This document shows, piece after piece, positions 50,915 to 61,979 of a stretch of DNA of 64,000 bases. A program made the translations under genes and the position numbers. Source of the DNA: Felis catus (lineage: Eukaryota). The notes under the pieces were generated by a model, which searched no databases, was not told the DNA's origin, and was given only the letters and a program-made list of their open reading frames with translations. Location of the stretch: the NCBI RefSeq assembly GCF_018350175.1, contig NC_058368.1, forward strand, positions 111,912,001 to 111,976,000, read 5' to 3'. Within the stretch, counting starts at the first letter, position 1. Every line of letters begins with the position of its first letter.

Positions 50915-51534
50915 CCTCGCCTCCGCGCACTGCCCTGTGTGTGGGAGCTGAGAGAATGCAGAGGAGGTTTCTGGGAGGGTCTTTCCAACCTGCTCAGGCT
51001 GCCTGTGCAGGCCAAGTGTGCAAATGCGGGTGGGTGCAGGGACCTGGTGATTTAAATGGTTCTCTGGTCAAGAAAGATGGAATCCAGCACGGAGCGGAGC
51101 TTTGCTGCCCTGCAACCTGGTACGAGGCAAGCAGTGAGTTTTCCAAGGAGAGTTTGTCAATCAGCAGAGTCCGAAACAACGAGCCGGACGTGTCTGGGCT
51201 CCCTCCTGCCTCGTGTCTGGCAGGCATCCTGCAGCCTGCTGTACACTTCATCCTGGCGCCCGGAGGGACTCCCAGACACTTCCCCCTGAATCTCCCACTC
51301 CTCATGGGGGAGGTAACTCGTTTCCTCTCATAGACCCCCAGCGGCTAGGGTTTACTTTCTTCCGGGGGGGAGGGGACCCCTTGAGTGGTAGAGGTTCCGT
51401 GCTGGAGCAGGGGAGCTGCCCCCTGGGACTCTGGGGTAGCGTGCCACCAGCCAGCTTCCTCTTTTCTGCCTTTGAAATTCAGGTGCGGTCTCCAGGTTGT
51501 GGCTTCCCTGTTCTGTATCTGCTCCCTTATACAC
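50915..51534 (-). pseudogene. DCANP1: Disabled, non-coding sequence orthologous to human DCANP1 (C5orf20)
   Basis: Fragments in several frames resemble human DCANP1 as I recall it: GSHNLETAPEFQR, PPGRK*TLAAGGL*E, PSGRQDEVYS, ENSLLASYQV, SQKPPLHSLSSH. It begins with GTG rather than ATG, has stops at 51354-51352 and 51330-51328, and lies at the syntenic position 3' of TIFAB. Confidence 0.75.
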
Positions 51535-53325
51535 AGTTTGGCGAACGTTTTGGTCTCCGGAGGGATCATCGCTGCATTTTGAACCCCTGCGTGAAATACA
51601 AAGGCAGCTCCAAAACAGTGGGCTTCATCAGACCGCCCAGCACACGGCTTCTTCTGCTTGCCAGCCCCGACCGTGTGTCTCCCATCCAACAAACTCTAAA
51701 TATCGGGCCTTCTGGTGCAAGGAACAGGTTAAAGCCCCCTCCTGACTGCCCACCAGGGCCGCAGCAAAGGCAAAATCCTTTATCAGGAAATCACAGACTG
51801 CAGGTGAGCCCTTGGGTACGGACCCATCACGTTCCCTCTGTCAGGTTTCATGATGGTATCTAACCCTTCCTGAGTGCCTACTATGTGACAGATGCTTCAC
51901 TATGAGCTCCTAAGACCGTCATAACATCACCAGTGAATGGTGACTGTTATCTTACCCACTTGCCAGAGGGGGAAATGGAGACCAAGAGCAGGCTAAGTCC
52001 CTGGCCCAACATCACACAGCCAGTAAGTGGCATGATATTGGGCAAGATACCTTTTCTAAGCCTCAATTTCCCCAGGTGTACAATGTGTTAACACCACTGT
52101 CCATCTGAGTGTTTTGAGGATTCAGCTGGGCAAGGCACAAAGCTCCTAGCAGAGGGCTAAGCACACGTAAGCACTCACCAGACATGGCCACTTAATGGTA
52201 GAACTAATGTTAACACCAGCCCGAAGAGAGAGAGAACACAATGTTTACAGCACCAAGAACAGGGGTGATCAAATAATTCAGTGATTAGTTCCTGAACAGG
52301 GGTCTTTCATGAGCCCAGGTAAACTCTCTGGGGTCAGGGACTTTGTCAGCCTAGTTCACTGCGGGTTCCTGGGGCTTTGCATAGCATCTGGTGAAAGTTT
52401 GTTGAATAACTGAGTGAAGGACCGTTTGGGGGGCCCCCACATGCATTCACAGCATTCACCCTTCTTCTTACAGCCCTTGCCCTCCTCTGCCTTTTGCTGT
52501 AATCTGAGTGTCCTATTCCCCATTAGAAGGGAAGCCTCCCAAGCCAGGACAGGCCTGGTTCCTGCCCACTGCTGTCTTCCCCATGGAGAGGATGCTCAGA
52601 GAGTGCCTGGCAGACCAGCTGAATCTTCTTGCTCAGTGTCTCCAGGCTCAGTGTCTCCAATATCCTAGAGCATGGTCTAAGATGATGATGGCCATCTGAG
52701 TTTGTAGGTCCCTCCCTTCATGGCACGGGTGAACATTGTTTCTCAATGATGCTTGCAAGCCCCCACTGGGGAGTTGGAATGGAGATGATGTGGAGAGTAG
52801 GTACTTGTGCTCAGCCCCTCTGTTCACTGAGAAGTTGTCCCACCCTTAACCTGCATGGCTTACTAACTAGTCCCTTATATTGGAAAGACCACCCCACCCC
52901 CGTTGGTATATGACCCACTTTGAGTAAAATTACCGTTGAGCTGAATTTTACCACAACCTCTTCCCCCCACCCTCACGGACTTAGTCCTGAAAGATTTCTC
53001 TGCTCTGGGAAGCCACCTTTCCCTGGAGGTCTTGCCCTCCCATCAGCCAAGGCTTTGATCCAGAAATAACAGAGGGAGGGAGTGTGAGGATGACCGTGTG
53101 ACAGTGAGTTTCCCGGCAGGCCCAGCCCCCAGCTCCCCGCCCCCAGGAAACCCTGAGCTCTGCCCACATCCTTTCCAGAAATGTGAGCCCCCACCTTTCC
53201 AATTTCCTCTTACACCTCTTCTGTATTTCCCGCCCCTGCCTCTGCGTGACAACGTGGCGTGCACGCACCCCGTCTGGCGATCAGGGAATCCTACTGGGCA
53301 TGCCAGCTTAATGAAATACTTACAG

Positions 53326-53331
53326 TTTATT
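53326..53331 (-). terminator. Candidate proximal poly(A) signal for TIFAB
   Basis: AATAAA on the minus strand ~420 nt after the TIFAB stop codon. Confidence 0.45.
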
Positions 53332-53752
53332 AAACACAGGCTTCCCTAAGCCCTGAGTGCCTGTGGGTATTAGAAAGCCCAAGGTAACCCCGAGCTACCA
53401 CGAACGTAATTGGTACATGTGTCCATGCATTCCTCGTGCAACCTCAGACTCCAGCTCTTAAGCGGCTCACGAAATTAGCCACATAAAGTAACTCCTAGGC
53501 AGACAGGCCAGGGGAAATGTGGGGAAAGGCTGAGAGAGGCTCTCAGAAGCCCTCAGGGCCTCTAACGTATACAAAGTTCCCGTTCCTTTACGTAGCTGTA
53601 ACCATGGAGGGTGCTCCCCCAGCCCAGGCTGTTCGTGTTTGCAGAATCTGTTCATTATTACCAGGCCCGTCTTGCTTGTCAGCCTCACATGATGTAGCTA
53701 CAAGAGTTCAAGTTCTATTTCAGGTAAGCCTTGCTCTGGGCCTCTGGCGGGG

Positions 53753-54356
53753 CTAGCAGAGCATACTTTCTGAGGGCTCCTTCTGGACCTGTGTTTCTGT
53801 TCCTCCTCCAGGGCTTGGATGGGAAGGGCCGTGGAGAAGCCCCCGGTGATCTGGAGCTTGCTGCCCCGGACTTGGGGGCGGCTGCTCCTGGGGTTTGCTT
53901 TCCCATTCATCAGTCTCCTCAGCTTGGGGCCTGTGAATCAGGGGCGAGGAGCTGAGATGGAAGCAGCAGACAAAGGCCTCCAGGGAGGTGCCTCGCTCTA
54001 TGCGGACCACCATCTGGATGCCGGAGAAGGCAACCCTGTTGACCACGCTCAGTGGAACCTGCTCCAGGAACCTCAGAGTCAGCCCGTTGACCCACACACA
54101 GCCTTTGCGGCTCAGGGCCTTCAGGCAGAAGGCCAGGGGAGTGCCACCCTTCTCCCGGTAGGGCTCCAGCGACAGGTGTTTGCGGGAGAGGCACGGGAGC
54201 CGAAGCTGGAGGTGGGCGTCCGGGCCTCGCCCCACCAGCAGCGGGTTGGTGTCATGCTGCAGCTTCGGTGGGACGTTGGCAAAGGTGTCTGGGTCCTGCG
54301 TGGGGTGGTACAGGCTCACATGCAGGACCGTGAGGGGCTTCTCCGTGGATGGGAGC
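53753..54356 (-). CDS. TIFAB: TRAF-interacting protein with FHA domain-containing protein B, main coding exon
   Basis: Frame reads (R)LPSTEKPLTVLHVSLYHP...LLVGRGPDAHLQLRLPCLSRKHLSLEPY...CVWVNGLTL...PQAEETDEWE, with the FHA GR, SRxH and N motifs. Polypyrimidine tract and CCCAG| acceptor (AG at 54358-54357); stop TAG at 53755-53753. The position of the human ATG reads ACG (54346-54344). Confidence 0.95.
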
Positions 54357-54564
54357 CTGGGAAGGATGGAACACAGACAGAGAAGTGTGGTTGGAGCCTG
54401 ACACCTCTGTGACTCCCTGAACCTAGACATGCTTGCCCGGCTCAGGGGCCCTGGACCCCTCCAGCCCAACAGAGCAGAGCACGGAGTGTGGACACGGTCA
54501 TCCTGCTCAAGCCAGGATAACACCGAGGCTCAAGCTGGTGTGGAAGTTCAGCCCCACTGGTTCT

Positions 54565-54784
54565 TTTTTTTTTAATTTTTTTTAACGTTTATTCATTTTT
54601 GAGAGACAGGGACAGAGTGGGAGTGGGGGAGAGGCAGAGAGAGGGGGAGACACAGAATCCCAAGCAGGCTCCAGGTTCTGAGCTGTCAGCACAGAGCCCG
54701 ACATGGGGCTCGAACCCGTGAATCATGAGATCATGACCTGAGCCGAAGTCGGACGCTTAACCAACTGAGCCACCCAGGTGCCCC
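54565..54784 (-). mobile_element. Can-SINE in the TIFAB intron, sense to TIFAB
   Basis: Perfect 17-bp TSD TCAGCCCCACTGGTTCT. Confidence 0.96.
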
Positions 54785-55417
54785 TCAGCCCCACTGGTTC
54801 TAATCTCAGTGTCACCTTGATCATATTCTGTGAGTGGGCCTTACCACCCATCCACTCTGAGCTTTAGTTTTCTTTTCTGTACTGTCAGTATGCCCCTCCT
54901 TGTCTTTGTAAGGTATATGGGATACCAGCTTCTGCGGTGTGGTTATGGTGGTGGCCTACTGACATCTGGAGACAATCTGGCCCTGTTTTGAGGGGAGGGA
55001 AGAACAGACAGACAGGATACACCTTCCTCGTATCCAACCGTCACACAAAAATACCCTTGCTGGGCCCTTGTTTGAGCCAGGCACTGAGCAGCTGCTGGCA
55101 ATGAGTACAGGCAACAGGAGAACAAGAACTTGATTTCCGGAACACCCAGCTGGGGGAGGAGACAGGTGCCTCTTGCATCAGGAATTATGGAGAGAGAACA
55201 GGGAAGCCCAGCTGGCTCCTGGGGGAACCAGAAAGACTCCCTGGAGACCCAGAGGATGAAGAAAAACAGCTAGCATGTTCCAAGTTGCTTCTATGGGCCT
55301 GGCCCCATGCCAAGTGTATTTTGGACATGAATGTCTCACTATATGGGCAGAGGACAGATCCTGATGGAGAAGGTGGAGAGCCATGAGAGATGTCACTCAG
55401 GAACCAACAGGGGCTCA

Positions 55418-55593
55418 CGGCGTCTGGATGGCTCAGTTGGCTGAGCACCTGACTTCGGCTCAGGTCGGAATCACACAGTTTGTGAGTTCGAGCCCCGTAT
55501 CAGGCTCGCTCTGCTGCTCTCAGCACAGAGCCCTCTTCAGATGCTCTGTCCCCCTTCCCCCTCCCTAAGTCATGCATGCGCGCTCTCTCTCTT

Positions 55594-55616
<23 letters not shown>
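55418..55616 (+). mobile_element. Can-SINE in the TIFAB intron, antisense to TIFAB
   Basis: GGCGTCTGGATGGCTCAGTTGG head, A23 tail, degenerate TSD ending ACAGGGGCT. Confidence 0.9.
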
Positions 55617-55624
<8 letters not shown>

Positions 55625-56979
55625 AGGGGCTGTGTGGAGGCCAAGTAATAAGGTGGCCACAGTGTGAATCGCACACATCCTTTGTTCCAGCAACTCCATC
55701 TCTGATCATTTGTCCTTTAGAATGTCACTGGCACATGCAGTAAGGCTACTTACAATAGTCGGCTTTGCTCCTGCATGCATTTGAGGAATATAAACTCTCT
55801 GGCACATCCCCCAACCCCATATGGCCCAGAACCTGCCAGAGCCTTCACTGGGAACCAAGGGGATGAGTGGGTTTGAATAACTAATTGTACACTTTCTCGG
55901 CACCAGACTTTGCTTACAGGTTTTTCTCTGCTAAGAATGTATCCTCCATCCCAAACCCTGACCAAATACCGCTCCTCTTGAAAGGCCCGGTTCCAATGTG
56001 GCGTCTTCTAATGTAGCTCTTTTCCTGTCTCTGCCCTCTGGCCCTTTCCGGACACCGCCATTCAGTCCATCTTCTCATTACACGTCAGAATTATGTGGGT
56101 CCTCGTCCTGTCTTCCCTGAGCCCTCCTGCTCTGTCCCCTAGACTTCCCAGGATCAGGCTGTGGTCTGAGCCGCCCTGTTGCCCAGTGTCCCATTGCCCT
56201 GTACAAACAGGGCCTGGCCACATGTGTCTGGGGGCACATTTGACAAATGGCTCAGTGAAGACACGCTCACACAGGAAAATCATGTGAAACCAAGTTTAGG
56301 TACGCGGCAAATGTGAGCCTAGAGCTCAAGGGCTGTGTGTGGAGTGGCGGGGGGGGGGGGAGCGGCTGGAATCCTGTCACAGGTGGTCTGAATCTGGGAC
56401 CCTCCACCCCTTCTGCATTTTGGGTGAAGTAGGTTCATGGTGAAGACCTTCCACTCTGGCCCCTCAGGCCCCTCCCTTTTCCCTAAAGCACAGACATACA
56501 CATGTCTCCATCCACAACCCGCTCTGGCCCCAGCCTGCAGGAGACCTCCTGACTACAAAAGACAAACTGGGCCCGGAATGGCCAAGAGGGGTATCCAAGT
56601 CCTCAGGCCAGGCCAGAAACTCAGAGTTCACTTCGAGGACCCGATCTCACATCCCAGGGACCCTGAGAAAATCCCTCAGAAATGAGGGTTCACCGCTGCT
56701 CGGGAGACATTACTCTCTGCTCCACTGCGCGCTCCAGAGCCGACAGAAATCCCCCAGCAGCGCAGAGCCCCGGGAGAGGCCCTCACATCTCCAGGACCCT
56801 CCAGTTGTTCTGGGGAAGCAGAACCCAGCCCTACCAATGTCGTCTCTGGGAGGAGACAGCAGAAAGAGACTGAGATACGTGCCTGGTGAGTAGCCAGCAG
56901 GGGCTCTGCTCCCCCCCTCCCCCGCAGCCCAGCCCCGGGCCATCTCCCCTGGCTATGTGTCAAGTCCCCCTCCACCTAC

Positions 56980-57020
56980 CTTACCGCCGGGGGCACCTCT
57001 GGCTGTGACTCGGCAGCCAT
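56980..57020 (-). CDS. TIFAB: Predicted TIFAB exon-1 coding segment MAAESQPEV PPAV(R)
   Basis: ATGG at 57020-57017. The phase-2 donor AAG|GTAGGT (GT at 56979-56978) joins in frame to the phase-2 acceptor at 54356; 41+604=645 nt, giving 214 aa plus stop. Confidence 0.65.
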
Positions 57021-57039
57021 GAGCTCTCAGGAGCAAATG

Positions 57040-57220
57040 GGTCCCGGCCAGGGCAGGTCTGGCTTGGCACTTAAGGCTGCGGTTTGGGGATGTGATACGT
57101 CAGAACATTCATCAGTTTTGCTGCTTTCTTCCTTTTTCCCGTTAGGAAGGAAAATGTACGTGTGATTTCCCATTGCAGAAGTGCAACCCTAGCGCTGAGT
57201 GGTTGAGAAACCGCAGCACG
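57040..57220 (-). promoter_or_regulatory. Putative TIFAB myeloid-type promoter
   Basis: RUNX TGCGGTT at 57078-57084 and its reverse at 57209-57215; PU.1/ETS AAAAAGGAAG (minus) at 57128-57137; C/EBP-like TTGCAGAA at 57173-57180; NF-kB-like GGGAAATCAC (minus) at 57162-57171. Confidence 0.55.
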
Positions 57221-59319
57221 GGATCCTTGCTAGGCCTGGCCCCTGGGGGGGGGGGGGTTCCCGGCTGGGCTTCAGTACACTGCCTGGGTCTGCAGCCTGT
57301 CCCCAGCACCCCGGGAGCTGTGTCCAGGGCACCCTTCACTGGTGCTGCTACTCTTCTCTGCTGCCAACCGCGGGGGTGTGTGGGTGTGTGGGGTGAGGGC
57401 CTCCCAGGCTTGTTAGAAAGGAGAGGCTTTTTGAACAGAGAGCCAATGAGGGGAGCCCCCACTTAAGTGGGAGAGTGTGAGGAGAGCGTTACAGATGGGC
57501 CGGCGGTGGCCAAGAGGGCTGTGGGTGACAGAGCAGTCCACTCAATATCTCGGGAAGGGCAGGGCCTCAGCGGATGGGGGTGAGGGCTGCTCATGGTGGG
57601 CGGCCTGTCCCACAGGACAGCAGAAAGTCCATCTTCTATGCTCACCCCTCCTGGGCTCTGCTGGCCTTCCAGAGCAGCATGGAAGAGACTGAGATAGATG
57701 CTTGCCCAGCACTGTGAGCCCCGGCCATGCTGGAAGTGACCCAGTGTCCACTGGTGTATTCATACTGCCTTCACTGTACCCCCCAAGCTGGCAAGAGACA
57801 GGTGCCCATGGTATACAGGGGGTAACGGGGGCCCTAAGAGAGGCAGTGCCTGGCCCAAGGCCCCAGAATGCGTCAGCATATAATCCTTCCTCTTTTTCCC
57901 ATCAAACCTGGGCTATCCTGGGGATTCTTGGGGGGTATCTAGGTGGGTAGTACAGCCCGCTGGTCTCCCAATCTGTCTCACTGTCCCCAACCCACAGCTT
58001 ACTCTCCCTCCGAGAATGACCCTTGTAGCCCCTGAGATCTCAGCAGGCCACACTGTGGGGGCCAAGCCCCTCTGGGCACTATTCAGTGCTTCGTCTGCTT
58101 TATCTCTTCTGAGCATTTAGACTCTACTTGGTTGCTTAGTAACTAAGAAGGAAAATAGGAAAATCTCGAAACGGTCATCCGTCCCCATGTGTCCCAGCCA
58201 GTGTGACACAAGCACGAGGGCTCCCCCAGGAAACCAGGTCCTCCGGAGATGGGAACTGTATCTGCCCCTGGGGGGGACCAACTGTTAACTCCAGGCTGCC
58301 TCCCTGGAGGCATCTTCTTCACTAGCTGTCTAAGCTCCAGCATGCACAGAGCTGGGCCAGGTGTGTGTGGGGGATGCCTGTCCCCATGGGGATCCGCACA
58401 GAATATCAGCATTCCTGTCAGGAACCCAGGGCGGTGGGCAACAGGCAGAATCCGGGCAGGGGCTTTGCTACCTCTTGCTCTGTGACCTTGGGCAAGTCCT
58501 ATCCCCTCTCTGGGTCTTAGTTTTCCTTCCTTGGGGATGGGACACCGCCTTCCCGTTGTACCCTGCGACCATGTCTCAGAGAAGGGCTCTGTCCACACTT
58601 CCAGCCCTGGCATGGGACAGTAGGTGGGCAGAAGAGATGTGTTCATGGCCCCCTGTGCCCTCAGGACCTTGGTTCAGAGCATTCCCTAGCAAGAGAACTG
58701 AAACAGCCAGGGAATCCATCAGTACGAGGAAGTCTTGCCTGGGCTGTGTCTTCTGAAGGAGAACAGGAAGTCCTGTTCGTCACTGGCTGGCAGTCTCCTG
58801 AGGGGACAGCGAGAGTAGGGGGAGAGCAAGTGCTGGCTTCTCTCTACTTGGCCCCCTTGGCCAGGATGGCCTTCTCTAGTTGGTGTCGGGACCCCGAGGA
58901 GTGTACCTCAGTGAGCAAATGTCTCTGTCGTGTGCTCCCGGGAAAACTCAGGGACAGAACAACAGTTTCCAGGGCTTTCTACAGTGGCGGGCAGGCGAGA
59001 GTTCTGGGGTCACACAGGCTCTGGTGTGAGGCTTGGTTCCTTCTTATAGCAGGTGTGTGTGTGACCCCAGACAAGTTACCTGGCCTCTCTGAACCTGATT
59101 TCTGCTCTGTGAAATAAGGACAGTTTGTTGTGTGAGGGCTAAATGAGATAGGCGCCAAGTGTCCAAGACATGGTTCAAAGCTGATACGTGAGGGCTGCTC
59201 GTGGTAGAAGCCTTAACAGCAGAAGACCGCGAAGATGCACCTTGTGAGAGACGCTGGAGGAGCAGACTAACAGCCTGCACAAACCCCAAATTCTCAGAAG
59301 GCCAGGTTTTGCTTTAAAA

Positions 59320-59530
59320 TTTCTTTTTTGATGTTTATTTATTTTTGAGACCGAGAGAGACAGAGCATGAATGGGGGAGGGTCAGAGAGAGGGAGACACA
59401 GAATCCGAAACAGGCTCCAGGCTCCGAGCTGCCAGCACAGAGCCCGACGCGGGGCTCGAACTCACAGACTGTGAGATCGTGACCTGAGTCGAAGTCAGAC
59501 GCTTGACCGACTGAGCCACCCAGGTGCCCC
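59320..59530 (-). mobile_element. Can-SINE (SINEC_Fc-like)
   Basis: TSD CCAGGTTTTGCTTTAAA. Confidence 0.95.
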
Positions 59531-59989
59531 GACCCAGGTTTTGCTTTAAAGGAACATAATTTTGGAGTGCAATACCTAATTTGCACGCATTTAACATAAA
59601 TTCCATTTTCAACGATAATGAAATTAAAAGGGCGTGCTCCAGGAAGACTCTCCAGGTTATGGCCTGGGGCATGTGGCCCTAACACAGGAGGACAAGGTTA
59701 CGTATTTGACAGATGAGGCAGCTGAGGCCCACAGCAATTAGTCAACTAGCCCCAGGGTCTCGTATCTGAGAAGCTGCAGAACCAGGACTGGGACCCATTC
59801 CATGGCACTCTTGGGCCTGATCGTGAAGCTGCTGGGCCTCGAAGGTGGTATTCTCTGGAGTCCAGCTGTCCTGCCTTCTGCAAACGTGCTCCTGCGGCCT
59901 GGCTGGCAGTGCGCTCTGGAGAGAGGGGCCGGCTTCCGGCAGCCGGCCAAACTGTGCGGAGGCCACTCTACTGATGTCCCGGTGGCCTG

Positions 59990-60008
59990 TGGCCACCAGG
60001 TGGCAGCA
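59990..60008 (+). promoter_or_regulatory. CTCF motif (forward orientation)
   Basis: TGGCCACCAGGTGGCAGCA is a near-perfect match to the CTCF consensus. Confidence 0.7.
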
Positions 60009-61979
60009 CCCACAAACCTAGTGGCCTGCTCTCCCAGGGGGAAGGAGAGGATGGGCAAAGCATGGGTGAGTCATTCACCAGAGGACCTCAAAACTCATTG
60101 TGCGTGCGTGAAGATAAAGCAGGAAGCCAGCGCAGGAGGCCCCGTGGAGCAGTGGTCACAAGCACGGGTGCTGGGCCAGACAGGCTCAGAAGGGTAAGTA
60201 AACTGCCCACGGACACAGACTTAGTGCACAGCAAGGATGGGTGAGAAGCCGGGTCGGCTCCGGTAAAATGGAGTACCGCGGGTGCCCTCCAGGGAGGGGG
60301 GACAGCAGGAGAGGAAATGCATGCAATGCGCAGAGCCTAGGCCAGGACCTCATGCAGGGGAAGTGGACTATGGCCGCAGTTACCATGTCTGTTACGATTG
60401 TTACCATGTACCTACTGTTACTCTGATCTTGCCTGATTGCTCCCTGCCCCCACTGAGCTCTCCCGTAAGACAAAGAGCACCTGTAACTCATAGAGATAGG
60501 TGCTGTGAGGGGGGGTGGGCACAGAACCACGAACCTCCGGGAAGAGCATCTAACCTGCCAGGGGTGGGGGACACCTGGGAAGGCCTCCTGGAAGAGGGGA
60601 CGTTTGTGCTGACTCTGTAGGGTGGGACGTGGGATGGTGCCTGGTGGAGGAAGGTGGGAGACCGTACCCAGTCTCCAGAGATGCGTCTGCCTCCCCCTGC
60701 CCCATGCTCTTGGCTAATAAGAAGGCTAACCACCAGGTGATGGTTGGTTAATGAGAGGGCTCACTGAATGAGTGACCAGGGTTTGTCCAGCGCTACCGGT
60801 CTCTTGGCCTGAGCCCCGGTGGGAAGCAGATGGCTATCGGGGTTGCCCTGATTGCTCGTTCCCTCTGTGTTCACTCCCAGAGTGCCGGCTGGGCCCCTTG
60901 CAGAGGCTGGGCTGGCCGGCAGACCTGGGTGGCCTCCTCCTGCCGAGAGCCAGAGACAGCGGGAAGGCCCTCAGGAACTGCCACCATTGCCACCCAGGCC
61001 CTCCCCCCCATTCCAGGGGCCACTACCAAGCCTGATTTCACTGATTTCACGATTGTGCTAAATGCTTAATATATGTCCATTTTACTTATTGTTAAATCCC
61101 ATAATAAGGACTCACCTATGAGCTAAACCCTGGAGCCCTGACCAGTGCCTGGAACAGGCCTGGGGATGGGGTGCCTGGGATTTCTGAGGCCTTCTTGGCT
61201 CTTACCTTGGGGTGGGGTGTTCAGGACCCATGGAGCTGGTGCCTGTAGGCCCACCAGTTCCCTTACAGTTTGACCTATTTTTTCCCCACGGAACTAAGAG
61301 CCAGCCCTTAGGTTGCCTGGGGAGCAAGGGCTCAGGGAAGGAGGAGGCATCCTGGCTCTTAGCCAGCATGCCCTCCCTCCACCTCCACCCACTGGCTCCA
61401 AAGCAGCAAGGGTCCAAAAGGCAGAGAGAGAGAGCCCTCATAGGGAGCCAGCCTTGGCTTTCCTGTGGACATAATTTGGGGCAAGTCGCTTTTCCTTTCT
61501 GGGCCTCAGTGTCCTCATCTGTAGAATGGGGATCATCATGCCTGCTCTATAGCCACCGTCTTCATTTAACACTTTATGAGGGGTCAGCTTTCACTTGGTT
61601 GAAAGGACTTGCCTATGGCTGCTTTCCTGTTTCCATCAAGAACCCACATTGAAGAAATACAGCTTGGTCTTATTTAGAGGATGCATCTGGCTAGGAAAGA
61701 TGGCCTCAAACACAGCATAACACACATCAAACATGGCCTTTTTGTTTTTAATTAAGTGAGGTAAAAGCCTAGCATAAATACTTTTAACTAAAGTTTAGGA
61801 ATAAAGTGTATTTTGAAATTAGCGTGTCTTCAAAGGCAGACTTTTAACATACCATGGGGGAAAAAACCATGGGAATTTAGGTGGTTTCTGGCGCCTAGAA
61901 ACACTCCATGCAGATCTGATAGCAACCCAGGAGGGAGAAGAAAAAGAAAACTCTCCTCTGCAAACAGTTATCTGCCTTT

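Noticed and set aside
51213..51863. 216-aa plus-strand ORF
   Set aside because: Non-ATG start, no recognisable family and no supporting splice or promoter signals.
53819..54412. 197-aa plus-strand ORF antisense to TIFAB
   Set aside because: Shadow ORF of a GC-rich coding exon with no recognisable domain.
54357..54523. N-terminal part of the 256-aa ORF, including an in-frame ATG at 54430-54428
   Set aside because: It lies upstream of a strong polypyrimidine tract and AG acceptor, so it is intronic. It would be usable only with intron retention or an unknown TSS.
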